This document shows positions 8,162-18,546 of a stretch of DNA of 64,000 nt, one piece after another. The notes beneath the pieces are model-generated. The model did not search any database. It saw only the letters and a program-made list of their open reading frames with translations, and was not told the origin of the DNA. This stretch comes from Terriglobia bacterium. GTDB lineage: Bacteria; Acidobacteriota; Terriglobia; 20CM-2-55-15. The stretch's first letter is position 1. Each line of letters opens with the position of its first letter. Location of the stretch: NCBI GenBank assembly GCA_963664115.2, contig CAXWPJ010000009.1:736001-800000 (forward strand). Reading direction: 5' to 3'. Position numbers and translations under genes: made by a program.

Positions 8162-8240
8162 CCGCGCGTGGAAGATTCTGGCTGACGCATCGGCTCGCGC
8201 CGTGTTCGAGATCGAGTGCGTGCTCGCGGTCGCGCACCGG

Positions 8241-8692
8241 ACATACGGGGCTACCATCCCACGGCATTAGAAACCGCGCCGTCGTCGTGTCCGATTGACT
8301 CACTCAAAGCAGCAAGAGAATCGAGCGATTTTTCGATTTCGGGTGAATTCGCCGGGGACAGGCCTCGCCATCATCCTAATGGCGAGGGTCGCCGGTCGTT
8401 CGGCCAGGATGGCCGTTTGAACGGACCGAGCACACTAGAGTCTAGCCAACTTCAGTCAACGCCAAGACATACGGGGCTACCATCCCACGGCATTAGAAAC
8501 CGCGCCGTCGTCGTGTCCGATTGACTCACTCAAAGCAGCAAGAGAATCGAGCGATTTTTCGATTTCGGGTGAATTCGCCGGGGACAGGCCTCGCCATCAT
8601 CCTAATGGCGAGGGTCGCCGGTCGTTCGGCCAGGATGGCCGTTTGAACGGACCGAGCACACTAGAGTCTAGCCAACTTCAGTCAACGCCAAG
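8241..8692. repeat. Perfect 226-bp tandem duplication (8241-8466 and 8467-8692)
   Basis: Two apparently identical copies from ACATACGGGG to GTCAACGCCAAG. Confidence 0.92.
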
Positions 8693-10932
8693 CGCTCTTT
8701 CGCAATTTGACGCATGGACCCGATCGCGGCCGGATCACTCGCGACACCTTCGAGAGCGGCCCGTGCAGCCTCAAGGTGTCCGAGAGACAGGAGAAGATCG
8801 AAGCTGAAAACACCGCCATGCTGCGGCCTCGGATCACGCCCGTAGTCTCCCTGTTCTTCTTTCGAACCCAACAGTAGATCGTCAATCAACCGTTCTACGA
8901 CGTCACCCGGCAGGGAGGCATCTTCGCAAACCAATCCCGTGACGAACTCCAGCCGCAGATCACGCCCGGACGCCAGAATGTGGTTGACGACGTCGATGCG
9001 ATCGTCGAGTTCACCAAGGAGCTGGATCGCGAAGGACGGCGTCTTGCCCCAATTCGCATCAAACCAGCGACCTTTGATCTCCTTGATCAATCCATCGATA
9101 TCGGAATGCGAGTTCACCAGATAGGATGCAGCAAAGTAATCTCGGAAGGAACGATGGGACCAGTAATAGCGCTCTCCCGCGCCACGCAAGAACAAGCTAT
9201 CGACTTCAGCGAACGCGCCGAAACGCGCGGCCGCGTCGCGAGCCTTGCCCTCATCGAAGCTGTGATGCACCCGAAAATATCGCGCTACAGTTTCTTCGAG
9301 CCAATCACGATGCAATATGGTCGCCGAACGGATTATTTCGAGCGCGAGAAATCCGAGCACACCTAGCGCATTCGTTAGAATATCCTCGCCGTACTCCTTG
9401 GCAAGGTTATGCTCCTTCCATCTCTCAAGACACTCCGTCACCATAGCGCCGTAAAGTTCTACGACCTTGGTCGAGAGAAGGCCTCCGTGTCTCTCATACA
9501 AAGCCAGCGCTACAGATAGGACCAGTGGAGACGACAATAAATTGGATTCGAGCAGATCATGATTCTGCTCAAGAAACCCTTGAGCGCCGTCGCCGAGCCA
9601 CTGTCGAGCGGTCCGCTCTATTGAATCGGGTCGAAGAGGAAGAATTTCATAAACATCGAGGTCGGAGTACCGGAAGTGTTCGGCTGAAGTCGGCCGAGAC
9701 GTGAGAACGAGCTGAGTCCTGGACCCGAAACCTGGATCTCCCTGAACACGTCCGATGAGATCCACCAGATCGGCGAGGTCCCTTGTGTTCTGAATCTCGT
9801 CCACACCGTCCAGCATGATCAGAAGACGAAGACCGGGTATTTCTGCAAGGTCGCTCAGAAACCCCGATGGCAACGATGTCTGTGCCCCTGAATCGTTGCT
9901 GTTTCGAATGGCGTTCAAAATCAGCTCTTCCACCGATCCCTCGCCGGAGGTCAGTTGATTGGCTCTGAGAAGAATCGGGAACAAGCAGTCGGAGCCGCGG
10001 GGACTCAAGCTCTTGCACGAAGTCATGGCCCTAAAGCTGAACAAACGGAGGAGGCTCGACCGGCCAGATCCAGCCTGACCCACCACAAGCAAGCTCCGAT
10101 TGGATTTTCGAATGCGATCCAGCAGTTCGTCGATACTCACGCTATCGGTCTGGCCCACGCCTGAATCCATCGACAGGACCTTGAACGCAGTTGGCGAAAG
10201 CAGGTCCATGGCGCTCGTGTCACCTCTCGGAGCCAGGATCGGTTGAATGGGCTCCTCTGCAGTTGCCCTGATTGCCATCAGATGAGATCGAGCCGCGAAC
10301 ACCGTGCCCACGATACCCGTGCAATCGAACCACGGGGATTTTTCTTCGTGATTGCGGTCATGAATCGCCTGAATGTCCGGGAAAAGGTCTGAAAGAGTTG
10401 AAACCGGGATCGCCCGTCCCTCCAACTCGACTGACAGTCCCGCAGCCGTGTTGAGAATGGCACACACTCCTCCCGTGCGCAGGTTCAACACAGGTGCTCC
10501 GCTGAGTGACGAATCCCGAGGTGCTGACTTGAGTTTAAGAGTCGCCCCCCCCGCCTCCAATCCCTCAAGCAAAAGGCACACAGCCTTGCCACTCCCTGCG
10601 TCCGAGAAACCGCAGACGTACAAGGTGTCGTCCGGACGGAAAGATTCAAACAAATACGCGCATGGATGATCCTTGAGATCCGTTTCGAGAATGGCGAGAT
10701 TAGGACTGGGACTGGCGCCGTAGCGGATCACCCGCGCCCCGTAGCGCTGGCCACCCCAGTGGACATCGACCTCCGAGGTTGGGTAGTCTCCGCTTTTGGC
10801 GTCCTCGATCACATGCGCACACGTCAGTACGAGACCTGGCGCGATAAAGAAACCGGTTCCCCTTCGTCCGCTTACCTCAACACGCACGGTGCAGTCGATG
10901 AGGAAATTCTGGATATCGGAAGAGTTACTCAT
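8668..10932 (-). CDS. Trypsin-like peptidase domain fused to NACHT (STAND) NTPase
   Basis: GTGFFIAPGLVLTCAHV and LSGAPVLN; Walker A GQAGSGRS; Walker B LLIMLDGVDE; LTSRP, SPLVL and WSHRSFRDYFAA winged-helix motifs. Confidence 0.85.
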   Translation of the reverse strand: MSNSSDIQNFLIDCTVRVEVSGRRGTGFFIAPGLVLTCAHVIEDAKSGDYPTSEVDVHWGGQRYGARVIRYGASPSPNLAILETDLKDHPCAYLFESFRPDDTLYVCGFSDAGSGKAVCLLLEGLEAGGATLKLKSAPRDSSLSGAPVLNLRTGGVCAILNTAAGLSVELEGRAIPVSTLSDLFPDIQAIHDRNHEEKSPWFDCTGIVGTVFAARSHLMAIRATAEEPIQPILAPRGDTSAMDLLSPTAFKVLSMDSGVGQTDSVSIDELLDRIRKSNRSLLVVGQAGSGRSSLLRLFSFRAMTSCKSLSPRGSDCLFPILLRANQLTSGEGSVEELILNAIRNSNDSGAQTSLPSGFLSDLAEIPGLRLLIMLDGVDEIQNTRDLADLVDLIGRVQGDPGFGSRTQLVLTSRPTSAEHFRYSDLDVYEILPLRPDSIERTARQWLGDGAQGFLEQNHDLLESNLLSSPLVLSVALALYERHGGLLSTKVVELYGAMVTECLERWKEHNLAKEYGEDILTNALGVLGFLALEIIRSATILHRDWLEETVARYFRVHHSFDEGKARDAAARFGAFAEVDSLFLRGAGERYYWSHRSFRDYFAASYLVNSHSDIDGLIKEIKGRWFDANWGKTPSFAIQLLGELDDRIDVVNHILASGRDLRLEFVTGLVCEDASLPGDVVERLIDDLLLGSKEEQGDYGRDPRPQHGGVFSFDLLLSLGHLEAARAALEGVASDPAAIGSMRQIAKERLALTEVG

Positions 10933-11049
10933 TCGCTATGCTCGAAATCCGTATCAGAATCGGCTCACGCCGCCATGCAGGGATTCTCGAAGGCTTCATA
11001 CCACTCAGTCGTGTGTACATCGTCGGTCATTACCAAACCGCGGACGCTA

Positions 11050-11337
11050 TCAGGTTCCTTCAACGACTATCATCTGAGAACTGGCGGCTCGATGTCGAAG
11101 CTGCTTCGGAACCCGGTACTCTTCCGAAGACCACCATGCCTTCGCCTGAGAAACGCTGTCGAATTCGAGAATCACCATACGAGAGGGATTCCAATCACCT
11201 TCGAGCGTTTCGAGGATCCCGCCACGGACGGCGTACCGCCCACCATACGCTTCAATAGTAGGTGATACGAGCGTTTTGTATTTCTCAAATTCTTCAGGAT
11301 CGTGTACTTCAATCTGGACCACAACGTAGGCGGACAT
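11050..11337 (-). CDS. DUF1330 family protein
   Basis: MSAYVVVQIEVHDPEEFEKY..YGGRYAVRGG..LEGDWNPSRMVILEF. Confidence 0.85.
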   Translation of the reverse strand: MSAYVVVQIEVHDPEEFEKYKTLVSPTIEAYGGRYAVRGGILETLEGDWNPSRMVILEFDSVSQAKAWWSSEEYRVPKQLRHRAASSQMIVVEGT

Positions 11338-11374
11338 GAAAAAACTCCTGCCGTTGCCAGGTGGGTACGCCGGA

Positions 11375-12004
11375 TCAGGGCACGCTGAAAAACCCGAAAC
11401 CGCGTTCGTCCCTGTGTGGAACGAACGGACCATTTTCCAACTTGAAGCGGACGGAATAACCATTCGGTTTCTCCCGAAGAGTCACGGTCATGGAAAACGA
11501 TCCGGTATCCCCGGGGGCAAGAATCGAAGGGACAACAGGGATCTCCAGCGTCGCCGGAAAGCGGCCCGTCGTATCTTCAGCACGGATGACCGCCACCACA
11601 TTTTCGACTCCGTCCGAACTCACATTGGTCACCCGGCCGTCAACGGAAAGCGTGTTGCCGTTTAATCGCTGCTCCAGTTCGTCGAGTATGAAGGGTTCCG
11701 TCCCATCCTCCGTTGGAGGGACCAGAACGTCTAAGTAGCGGTCTTCCATCGGCAGAATGAGTGAAGAAAGATCCGTCACTGAAAACAAGACGATACCCAC
11801 GATAACCAGACCGATAAAGGTCCCTGAAATTATCCGCAGGTAATCGAATCTCGGCTTGGAACCGGGAAGGTCGAGGGAAAACTGGGGATCGTCACCGACT
11901 TCCTCATCGCGAATTTCATCCCCGGTATTCGCTCCGGGCTCATCACCCTGAGCTTTAAGGGGAGGAGCCTTGGGATCGGTTTGCTCGTGGGGATTCTCAT
12001 CCAT
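11375..12004 (-). CDS. Membrane-anchored protein with FxLYD-like Ig-type domain
   Basis: Single TM segment, then LSVDGRVTNVS..V..PSILAPGDTGSF. Confidence 0.6.
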   Translation of the reverse strand: MDENPHEQTDPKAPPLKAQGDEPGANTGDEIRDEEVGDDPQFSLDLPGSKPRFDYLRIISGTFIGLVIVGIVLFSVTDLSSLILPMEDRYLDVLVPPTEDGTEPFILDELEQRLNGNTLSVDGRVTNVSSDGVENVVAVIRAEDTTGRFPATLEIPVVPSILAPGDTGSFSMTVTLREKPNGYSVRFKLENGPFVPHRDERGFGFFSVP

Positions 12005-12058
12005 GGTCTAATCATACTCCCAAAGTCGAGCAAATCCGGAACTGACAGTAACAGGATT

Positions 12059-12149
12059 TTCAACACGAAGACACGAAGATAACGAAGCTTGGATTTCCAG
12101 ACCCAGACCGTTTCGTTACTCTCCGATTCCTTCCTGTCTTCGTGTTGAA
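12059..12149. repeat. REP/MITE-like inverted repeat element
   Basis: Perfect 15-bp IR TTCAACACGAAGACA / TGTCTTCGTGTTGAA; related copy at 56423-56519. Confidence 0.75.
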
Positions 12150-12190
12150 TCCGAGCACTGAATGCCCTTACAGGGCGCTGCAACTTCGGG

Positions 12191-14149
12191 TTAGACCAGC
12201 AGAGGGGCCATCACCAGAGACACGATGGACATAAGCTTGATGAGAATATTCATCGACGGTCCGGACGTGTCTTTGAAGGGATCGCCCACCGTATCTCCGA
12301 CTATTGCAGCCATGTGCGCGTCCGATCCCTTGCCACCCAGGTTTCCGGCTTCGATGTACTTCTTGGCGTTGTCCCAGGCACCTCCACCGTTCGACATCAT
12401 AATTGCAAGCAGAACACCGCTTACAGTGGCGCCCGCCAGGAAACCACCTAAGGTTTCGGGACCAAAGCCGAAGCCGATGACAACAGGGGTCACCACGGCA
12501 AGTAGACCCGGAAGGACCATTTCGTTAAGCGCAGCTGTAGTTGCAATGTCCACGCAGGTGGCATTGTCGGCCTTTGCAGTACCTTCCATCAAACCGGGTA
12601 TTTCGCGAAACTGGCGGCGCACTTCATTGACCATCTTAAAGGCGGCCCGGCCGACGGCACTCATCGTTAACGAGGCCAACACGTAGGGCATAACGCCTCC
12701 CAAAAAAAGACCAATGACCACGTTAGCTTCGGTCAGGCTGATGGTTGTCAGGTTGACTGTCTGCGTATACGCCGAAAACAGCGCAAGAGCAGTCAAGGCC
12801 GCCGATCCGATCGCAAAACCCTTACCGATGGCAGCCGTCGTGTTGCCCAAAGCGTCCAGACGGTCCGTAATTTCACGGATCTCGGGACCAGCGGCCGACA
12901 TCTCCGCGATGCCACCCGCATTGTCCGCAATCGGGCCGTAAGCATCGACAGCCATCGTTACACCAATCGTGGACAGCATGCCGACCGCCGCGATCGCGAT
13001 TCCGTACAAACCGTTCAGGCTGAACGACACCCAAATCGCAGCGCAGATAGTCAGAATCGGCAGTAATGTGCTTTCGAATCCGACAGCAAGCCCGCTAATG
13101 ATGGTCGTCGCCGGGCCGGTCTGACTGGCTTCGGCGATCTTCACAACGGGTCTGCCCGAGGTGTAGTACTCGGATTCAAAACCAATCAACACGCCCGCGA
13201 TGAGACCGGCCAGCACCGCCCAGAACGCCGAAAGCTCACCCATCACGTTATTCACGATCGCAAAGGCAGCGACCAGAAACAGTGCGCCGGCCAGGTAAGT
13301 CGGCATGTGGAGCGCACGTTCAGGGTTCATTTTCTTAAAAATACCGATAGAAAAAACACCGATCAGCGAACACCCAAGTCCCGCCATGATCAGAAGAAGC
13401 GGCAAAGCCATCGAATTGAAATTGTCACCGAGCGAGGCACCGAGCGCCATAGTCGCAATGACGGAACCAACGTACGACTCGAACAGGTCGGCACCCATTC
13501 CCGCAGTGTCCCCAACACAATCACCGACGTTGTCAGCAATCGTGGCCGGGTTTCGCGGGTCGTCCTCCGGAATCCCCGCTTCCACCTTACCTACGAGATC
13601 AGCACCAACATCAGCGCTCTTGGTGAATATGCCTCCGCCGACGCGTGCGAAAAGGGCAATCGAACTCGCACCCATCGCAAAACCGTTGATGATTGCCGGA
13701 TCTTTAGTGACCATATACCAGATCCCGAGTCCCAACAGGCCAAGCGAAGCCACGGAAATTCCCATGACCGCCCCACCGTTGAAAGCTACGGTCAGGGCCG
13801 CACTCGTACCGCCATCCTTGGCTGCCTGTGTTGTCCTCACGTTAGCCCGTGTGGCCGCCTTCATCCCGAAGAATCCAGCTATCATCGAAAACGCCGCACC
13901 CGTCAGGAAAGCAACGCCCGTCCATATGCTGAGCATGAGGCTCAAGGCGATAAAGAGCACCGCGACGAAAATCGACACGATCGTGTACTCGCGTTTGAGA
14001 AACACCATCGCTCCCAGATGGATACTGTCGGCGATTTCCCGCATTTGCTCCGTCCCAGCCGGCATGCGGATAATTCGCATATAGATGAAGCCAGCCATTG
14101 CCAGACCGACCAGGCCAAGGATGGGAGCGATTTGTGTCAGTTCCTGCAT
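12191..14149 (-). CDS. hppA: Membrane-bound ion-translocating pyrophosphatase, K+-dependent type (probably Na+-pumping)
   Basis: [30 protein letters not shown] (Ala variant), [10 protein letters not shown]. Confidence 0.95.
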   Translation of the reverse strand: MQELTQIAPILGLVGLAMAGFIYMRIIRMPAGTEQMREIADSIHLGAMVFLKREYTIVSIFVAVLFIALSLMLSIWTGVAFLTGAAFSMIAGFFGMKAATRANVRTTQAAKDGGTSAALTVAFNGGAVMGISVASLGLLGLGIWYMVTKDPAIINGFAMGASSIALFARVGGGIFTKSADVGADLVGKVEAGIPEDDPRNPATIADNVGDCVGDTAGMGADLFESYVGSVIATMALGASLGDNFNSMALPLLLIMAGLGCSLIGVFSIGIFKKMNPERALHMPTYLAGALFLVAAFAIVNNVMGELSAFWAVLAGLIAGVLIGFESEYYTSGRPVVKIAEASQTGPATTIISGLAVGFESTLLPILTICAAIWVSFSLNGLYGIAIAAVGMLSTIGVTMAVDAYGPIADNAGGIAEMSAAGPEIREITDRLDALGNTTAAIGKGFAIGSAALTALALFSAYTQTVNLTTISLTEANVVIGLFLGGVMPYVLASLTMSAVGRAAFKMVNEVRRQFREIPGLMEGTAKADNATCVDIATTAALNEMVLPGLLAVVTPVVIGFGFGPETLGGFLAGATVSGVLLAIMMSNGGGAWDNAKKYIEAGNLGGKGSDAHMAAIVGDTVGDPFKDTSGPSMNILIKLMSIVSLVMAPLLV

Positions 14150-14280
14150 TGATTTCCTCCGAAATCGAAAACCGCCGGGCACTGCGGCCCATGCAACGGC
14201 ATCTCACCGAACTTGCTTGAGTCGAAAAGTTTTGCTGTAGGAGAGCTCTCTCAGGTCACAAAAAGCTCATTACCGAAACA

Positions 14281-14312
14281 AGCCCCATTTTCTAAGGAAA
14301 ATGGGGCTGTTC
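14281..14312 (-). terminator. Hairpin/terminator after rplQ
   Basis: AGCCCCATTTTC-TAAG-GAAAATGGGGCT stem. Confidence 0.65.
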
Positions 14313-14338
14313 AACATTCAGATCATGTTCAAGGGTGA

Positions 14339-14773
14339 CTACTCTTTCTCCTCCGCGGCCTTTTCGCCCTTCGAGTCTTCAGATTCCGTGGTGTCTTCGG
14401 CCTTCTTCACCTCTTGACCGCTTCCTAGAAGTTCGATTACGGCAACATCGGCACCATCACCCACTCGCGGCCCCAACCGGACAATCCGGCTATAGCCGCC
14501 AGGTCTGTCGCTGAATCTCGGTGCAATCGTATCGAATACTTTCTTGGCGGTGGAATCATCGAGCAGATACGCGCTCACCTGCCTTCGGGCATGTAGCGTG
14601 TCGCGTTTTCCGAGCGTTATCATTTTCTCCGCAAGAGGTCGCAGTTCCTTCGCCTTCGGAAGAGTGGTTACCAATCGTTCATGTTGCAGAAAGGACGTTA
14701 CAAGGTTACGGAGCATCGCACGCCGGTGCGACGGATTCCGGCCCAGTTTCCTTCCAGCTATCTTGTGCCTCAT
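14339..14773 (-). CDS. rplQ: 50S ribosomal protein L17
   Basis: [24 protein letters not shown]. Confidence 0.98.
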   Translation of the reverse strand: MRHKIAGRKLGRNPSHRRAMLRNLVTSFLQHERLVTTLPKAKELRPLAEKMITLGKRDTLHARRQVSAYLLDDSTAKKVFDTIAPRFSDRPGGYSRIVRLGPRVGDGADVAVIELLGSGQEVKKAEDTTESEDSKGEKAAEEKE

Positions 14774-14815
14774 ACTTACCGAGCTCCTACGGGGAACAGG
14801 GAACGCTCACTTTCC

Positions 14816-15823
14816 TTACTCGACGTTCTGCTCCAGGACAACGCCGGAGCCGGAAGGACGACCTTGCTCGTCCAATCTCATTCCAAGTCCCAAATTCATC
14901 GAGGACAGGATTTCCTTGATTTCGTTCAACGACTTGCGGCCAAAGTTCTTCGTTTTGAGCATTTCGGCTTCAGTTCGCTGCACCAGTTCCCCGATCGTCC
15001 GGATGCTGGCGTTCTTCAGGCAGTTGTAAGAACGTACTGAGAGCTCCAATTCTTCGACCGACTTGTTCAGATGCTCCATCACGCCGTCGTGCTTCACTTC
15101 GGCCAACTCTTCTTCGGGCTCGTCCTTTTCTTCAAACTGAATAAAGATCTGCATGTGATCCTTTACCAGTTTGGCGGCGAGTCCAAGCGCGTCCGTGGGC
15201 GTGATCGCGGCATTCGTCCACAACTCAACTGTAAGCTTGTCGTAATCGGTCACCTGCCCGAGCCGCGCCGCTTCGACAAAGTGGTTCACCTTCCGAACCG
15301 GGGAGTGCACCGAATCAACCGGAATGAAACCCACGCCCAGATCTTCGTCGAAGTTCCGGTCCGCCGAAACATAGCCGCGACCGTTTTTGATCCTCATCTC
15401 AAGGTTCAACAAACCGCCTCCGCTAACGGTTGCTAAATAGACGTTGTCGTCGAGAATTTCGACTTCAGGACCATGTTCGATTTTCTTCGAGGTATATACA
15501 CCCTCTGCGCTAGCCTTCAGGAAAATTGTCGTCGGCTCGTCGCTGTGAAGCTTTATCGGAATCTGTTTCAGGTTCAGGATGATATCGGTGGCGTCTTCTA
15601 CGACACTGGGAATCGACGAAAATTCATGCAGTACCCCGTCCATCTTGACAGCAGTCACCGCCGCTCCTTCTATCGACGAAAGCAATACCCGCCTGAGCGC
15701 ATTACCAATCGTCGTCCCGAAACCTCGCTCGAACGGTTGTGCGCTAAACACGGCGTAGCTCTCAGTAGCCGTATCGGGGTCCATGACCAATCTCTTCGGT
15801 TTCTGGAAACCTTTCCAAAGCAT
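14816..15823 (-). CDS. rpoA: RNA polymerase alpha subunit
   Basis: [21 protein letters not shown]; [12 protein letters not shown]. Confidence 0.98.
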   Translation of the reverse strand: MLWKGFQKPKRLVMDPDTATESYAVFSAQPFERGFGTTIGNALRRVLLSSIEGAAVTAVKMDGVLHEFSSIPSVVEDATDIILNLKQIPIKLHSDEPTTIFLKASAEGVYTSKKIEHGPEVEILDDNVYLATVSGGGLLNLEMRIKNGRGYVSADRNFDEDLGVGFIPVDSVHSPVRKVNHFVEAARLGQVTDYDKLTVELWTNAAITPTDALGLAAKLVKDHMQIFIQFEEKDEPEEELAEVKHDGVMEHLNKSVEELELSVRSYNCLKNASIRTIGELVQRTEAEMLKTKNFGRKSLNEIKEILSSMNLGLGMRLDEQGRPSGSGVVLEQNVE

Positions 15824-15889
15824 GTATATTTGACCTCGGTATTGTCTTCCGGTCTGCGACATCTTTGCCGAGACCGAGTCGGTGTCTGA

Positions 15890-16513
15890 TTATTTCGAGT
15901 ACAACTCGACAATCATGTGTTCTTCGATTGGCATCGTGATGTCTTCACGTTTAGGCAGCGCCAAGACCTTGCCGGTCATGGAATTTGGATCGACTTCCAA
16001 CCAGGCTGGAATGGCCTGGCTGATCTCCAAAGCGCTCAGGATTTGAACGTTTTTCTGGGACTTTTCCTTGACCCTCACCTCGTCACCCACACGTACCAGA
16101 AAAGAAGGAATGTTGACCTTCCTGTTATTGACACGAATATGGCCATGACGAACGAACTGCCGGGCCTGCGCGTGCGACGCGGCAAGTCCAAGCCGGAGCA
16201 CAACATTGTCAAGACGCCGCTCCAGTTGAGAAAGAAGGTTTTCGCCAGTAACACCTTTTTGGCGGACGGCTCGCTCGAAATACAAATGGAATTGGCGCTC
16301 GAGAATGCCATACATCCGCTTGACCTTCTGTTTCTCCCGAAGCTGCAGACCGTACCCGACAATCTTCGCTCTGCGATCCCGGCCATGTTCTCCAGGGATA
16401 TAATTGCGTTTCTCGATACCACACGACGGTTTGAAACAGCGTTCGCCCTTGAGAAACAACTTCATCCCTTCCCGACGACATAGCCGACAAACTGGACCCG
16501 CGTATCTAGCCAA
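15890..16513 (-). CDS. rpsD: 30S ribosomal protein S4
   Basis: [22 protein letters not shown]. Confidence 0.98.
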   Translation of the reverse strand: MARYAGPVCRLCRREGMKLFLKGERCFKPSCGIEKRNYIPGEHGRDRRAKIVGYGLQLREKQKVKRMYGILERQFHLYFERAVRQKGVTGENLLSQLERRLDNVVLRLGLAASHAQARQFVRHGHIRVNNRKVNIPSFLVRVGDEVRVKEKSQKNVQILSALEISQAIPAWLEVDPNSMTGKVLALPKREDITMPIEEHMIVELYSK

Positions 16514-16554
16514 TGAATCTTCCTCCGTTCATGGATCTCATTCCTACTATCCGA

Positions 16555-16950
16555 TCACACCCGCCGCTTCTTCGGAGGCCGGCAACCATTGTGCGGCATC
16601 GGCGTGACATCTCGGATCGTGCGAATTTCCAAACCCGCGCTCTGCAAACCTCGAATCGCCGAATCCCGGCCGGACCCCGGACCCTTGACACTCACTTCGA
16701 TCGTCCTCATACCCACATCCCGCGCCTTCTTAGCAGCCGTCACCGACGCCTGCTGGGCGGCAAACGGCGTACCCTTACGGGAACCCCTGAACCCGAGAGA
16801 TCCGGCGCTGGACCAGCACACGACGTTCCCATCGGTGTCGGAAATCGTTACGATCGTATTGTTAAACGTCGCCTGAATATAGGCGTGTCCAGCAGGAACG
16901 ATCTTCTTTTCGCGCTTTTTCCCTGTTCTCTTCTTCCCTTTGGCCATCAA
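16555..16950 (-). CDS. rpsK: 30S ribosomal protein S11
   Basis: [28 protein letters not shown]. Confidence 0.98.
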   Translation of the reverse strand: MMAKGKKRTGKKREKKIVPAGHAYIQATFNNTIVTISDTDGNVVCWSSAGSLGFRGSRKGTPFAAQQASVTAAKKARDVGMRTIEVSVKGPGSGRDSAIRGLQSAGLEIRTIRDVTPMPHNGCRPPKKRRV

Positions 16951-17022
16951 TAACTCCTAGTGATCGGCAACAAGCGAGGACCTCCACTCATATGCTCGTC
17001 ACTTGTCACGCGTCTCTAATCA

Positions 17023-17409
17023 CTACGTCTTTGCGGTCGCTTTCCTCCGGACCGACACAGCACCGCGCTTCGGCCCCTTCCGAGTACGAGCGTTCGTGTG
17101 GGTTCGCTGCCCTCTCGCCGGTAATCCTCGCCGATGCCTGAAGCCTCTGTAAGATCCGATTTCCATCAAACGCTTGATGTTGACGGAGACTTCTTGTCGA
17201 AGATCGCCTTCAACGATGTAATCGTCTTCAATGAGTTTCCGGATCTTTGTCGTCTCTTCGTCATTCAAGTCGCGCACTTTCCGGTCCGGACTGATGCCGG
17301 CATCGGTGACGATTTTGGTCGCCAATGACCTGCCAATTCCGAAGATATAGGTCAAGCCAATCTCAATTCTCTTGTTCAGCGGAAGATCGACTCCAGCTAT
17401 TCGTGCCAT
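17023..17409 (-). CDS. rpsM: 30S ribosomal protein S13
   Basis: [24 protein letters not shown]. Confidence 0.98.
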   Translation of the reverse strand: MARIAGVDLPLNKRIEIGLTYIFGIGRSLATKIVTDAGISPDRKVRDLNDEETTKIRKLIEDDYIVEGDLRQEVSVNIKRLMEIGSYRGFRHRRGLPARGQRTHTNARTRKGPKRGAVSVRRKATAKT

Positions 17410-17501
17410 AAAAAATCCTCTAAAGTTAAGAGTCATGAGTCATGGACCCTGAATCCAGACTCATCTCTTAACTGGTCACTCTTGACTCTTAACTATCCCG
17501 T

Positions 17502-17615
17502 TCATCCCTGGCGCTGTTTGTGTTTTGGGTTGGAACAAATGACACGGACAACGCCACGCCGGTGTACCAACTTACACTTGTCACAGATTTTTTTTACCGA
17601 TGCCCTTACTTTCAT
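17502..17615 (-). CDS. rpmJ: 50S ribosomal protein L36 (not in ORF track)
   Basis: Manual translation [37 protein letters not shown]. Confidence 0.97.
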   Translation of the reverse strand: MKVRASVKKICDKCKLVHRRGVVRVICSNPKHKQRQG

Positions 17616-17655
17616 AATTTCTTCCCGTTTTCAGCTTTCAACCGAGGACCCAACG

Positions 17656-17874
17656 CTACTTATACCGATACACAATCCGACCTCGCGTGAGATCGTAAGG
17701 CGACAACTCCACGGCCACCCGATCGCCAGGAAGTATGCGTATAAAGTGCTTCCGCATCTTTCCCGAAATGTGCGCTAGAACCTGATGCTTGTTCTCCAGT
17801 TCTACCTTAAACATCGCGTTGGGAAGGTGCTCGACGACCGTGGCCATCACTTCAATCGCGTCTTCTTTCGGCAA
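17656..17874 (-). CDS. infA: Translation initiation factor IF-1
   Basis: [35 protein letters not shown]. Confidence 0.98.
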   Translation of the reverse strand: MPKEDAIEVMATVVEHLPNAMFKVELENKHQVLAHISGKMRKHFIRILPGDRVAVELSPYDLTRGRIVYRYK

Positions 17875-17880
17875 ACCTGG

Positions 17881-18546
17881 CTAGTCTCCCTGACCGACGG
17901 GAAGTCCGATAGTCGACACCAGGTCTTCAGAAACCTGATCAATCGCTCCCATCCCATCGATTTGATGATAGACGCCGAGTGACCGATAGTACTCCACCAA
18001 TGGCTCGGTTTCGGCTCTATAGGTCCGCATGCGGTCCCGAATCACATTTTCTGTATCGTCGGGTCGCTGCATCAAACTGCCCCCACATATGTCGCAAACG
18101 CCTTCTTGTCTTGGAGGTCTACTATCAACATTGTAGATCGCCCCGCACTGTCCGCACGTGCGACGTGCTGTCAAACGCTTCACCACGAATTCGGTATCCA
18201 CCCCAAGCCCGATGACCAGCAGATTGTCGCCCGTTTCGAGCCGAGCTCCGAACATCTCTGCCTGGTTTAGGTTTCGCGGATACCCGTCAAGTATGAACCC
18301 CCCGGCGCAATCGGGAGCGGCAATACGCTCGACAACGATGCCGTTCACAAGCTCGTCATTCACAAGCTCTCCCGCTTCAAGGACATTCTTGGCTTCAACT
18401 CCAAGCGGCGTCTTTCGCCGAACTGCGTCCCGGAGCATGTCTCCAGTTGAAATCTGGGGAAGCCCCAACTGCTCTGTCACGGCCTTAGCCTGGGTTCCCT
18501 TACCGGCTCCCGGCGGTCCCAGCAGGATGACGACATTCCTCGCCAT
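17881..18546 (-). CDS. adk: Adenylate kinase
   Basis: GPPGAGKGTQA; zinc lid CGQC..CDIC. Confidence 0.97.
   Translation of the reverse strand: MARNVVILLGPPGAGKGTQAKAVTEQLGLPQISTGDMLRDAVRRKTPLGVEAKNVLEAGELVNDELVNGIVVERIAAPDCAGGFILDGYPRNLNQAEMFGARLETGDNLLVIGLGVDTEFVVKRLTARRTCGQCGAIYNVDSRPPRQEGVCDICGGSLMQRPDDTENVIRDRMRTYRAETEPLVEYYRSLGVYHQIDGMGAIDQVSEDLVSTIGLPVGQGD

Noticed and set aside
8156-8240. Possible attC after the RusA-like gene (GCGTAAC)
   Set aside because: No complementary arm or GTTRRRY core at a suitable distance
10930-11030. Short peptide ORF (MTDDVHTTEWYEAFENPCMAA) upstream of the protease-NACHT gene as a possible partner
   Set aside because: 21 codons, no RBS, no recognisable motif; cannot be supported
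17874-17881. Absence of map between adk and infA (and of ssb between rpsF and rpsR)
   Set aside because: Common lineage-level gene-order variation; the genes are probably elsewhere
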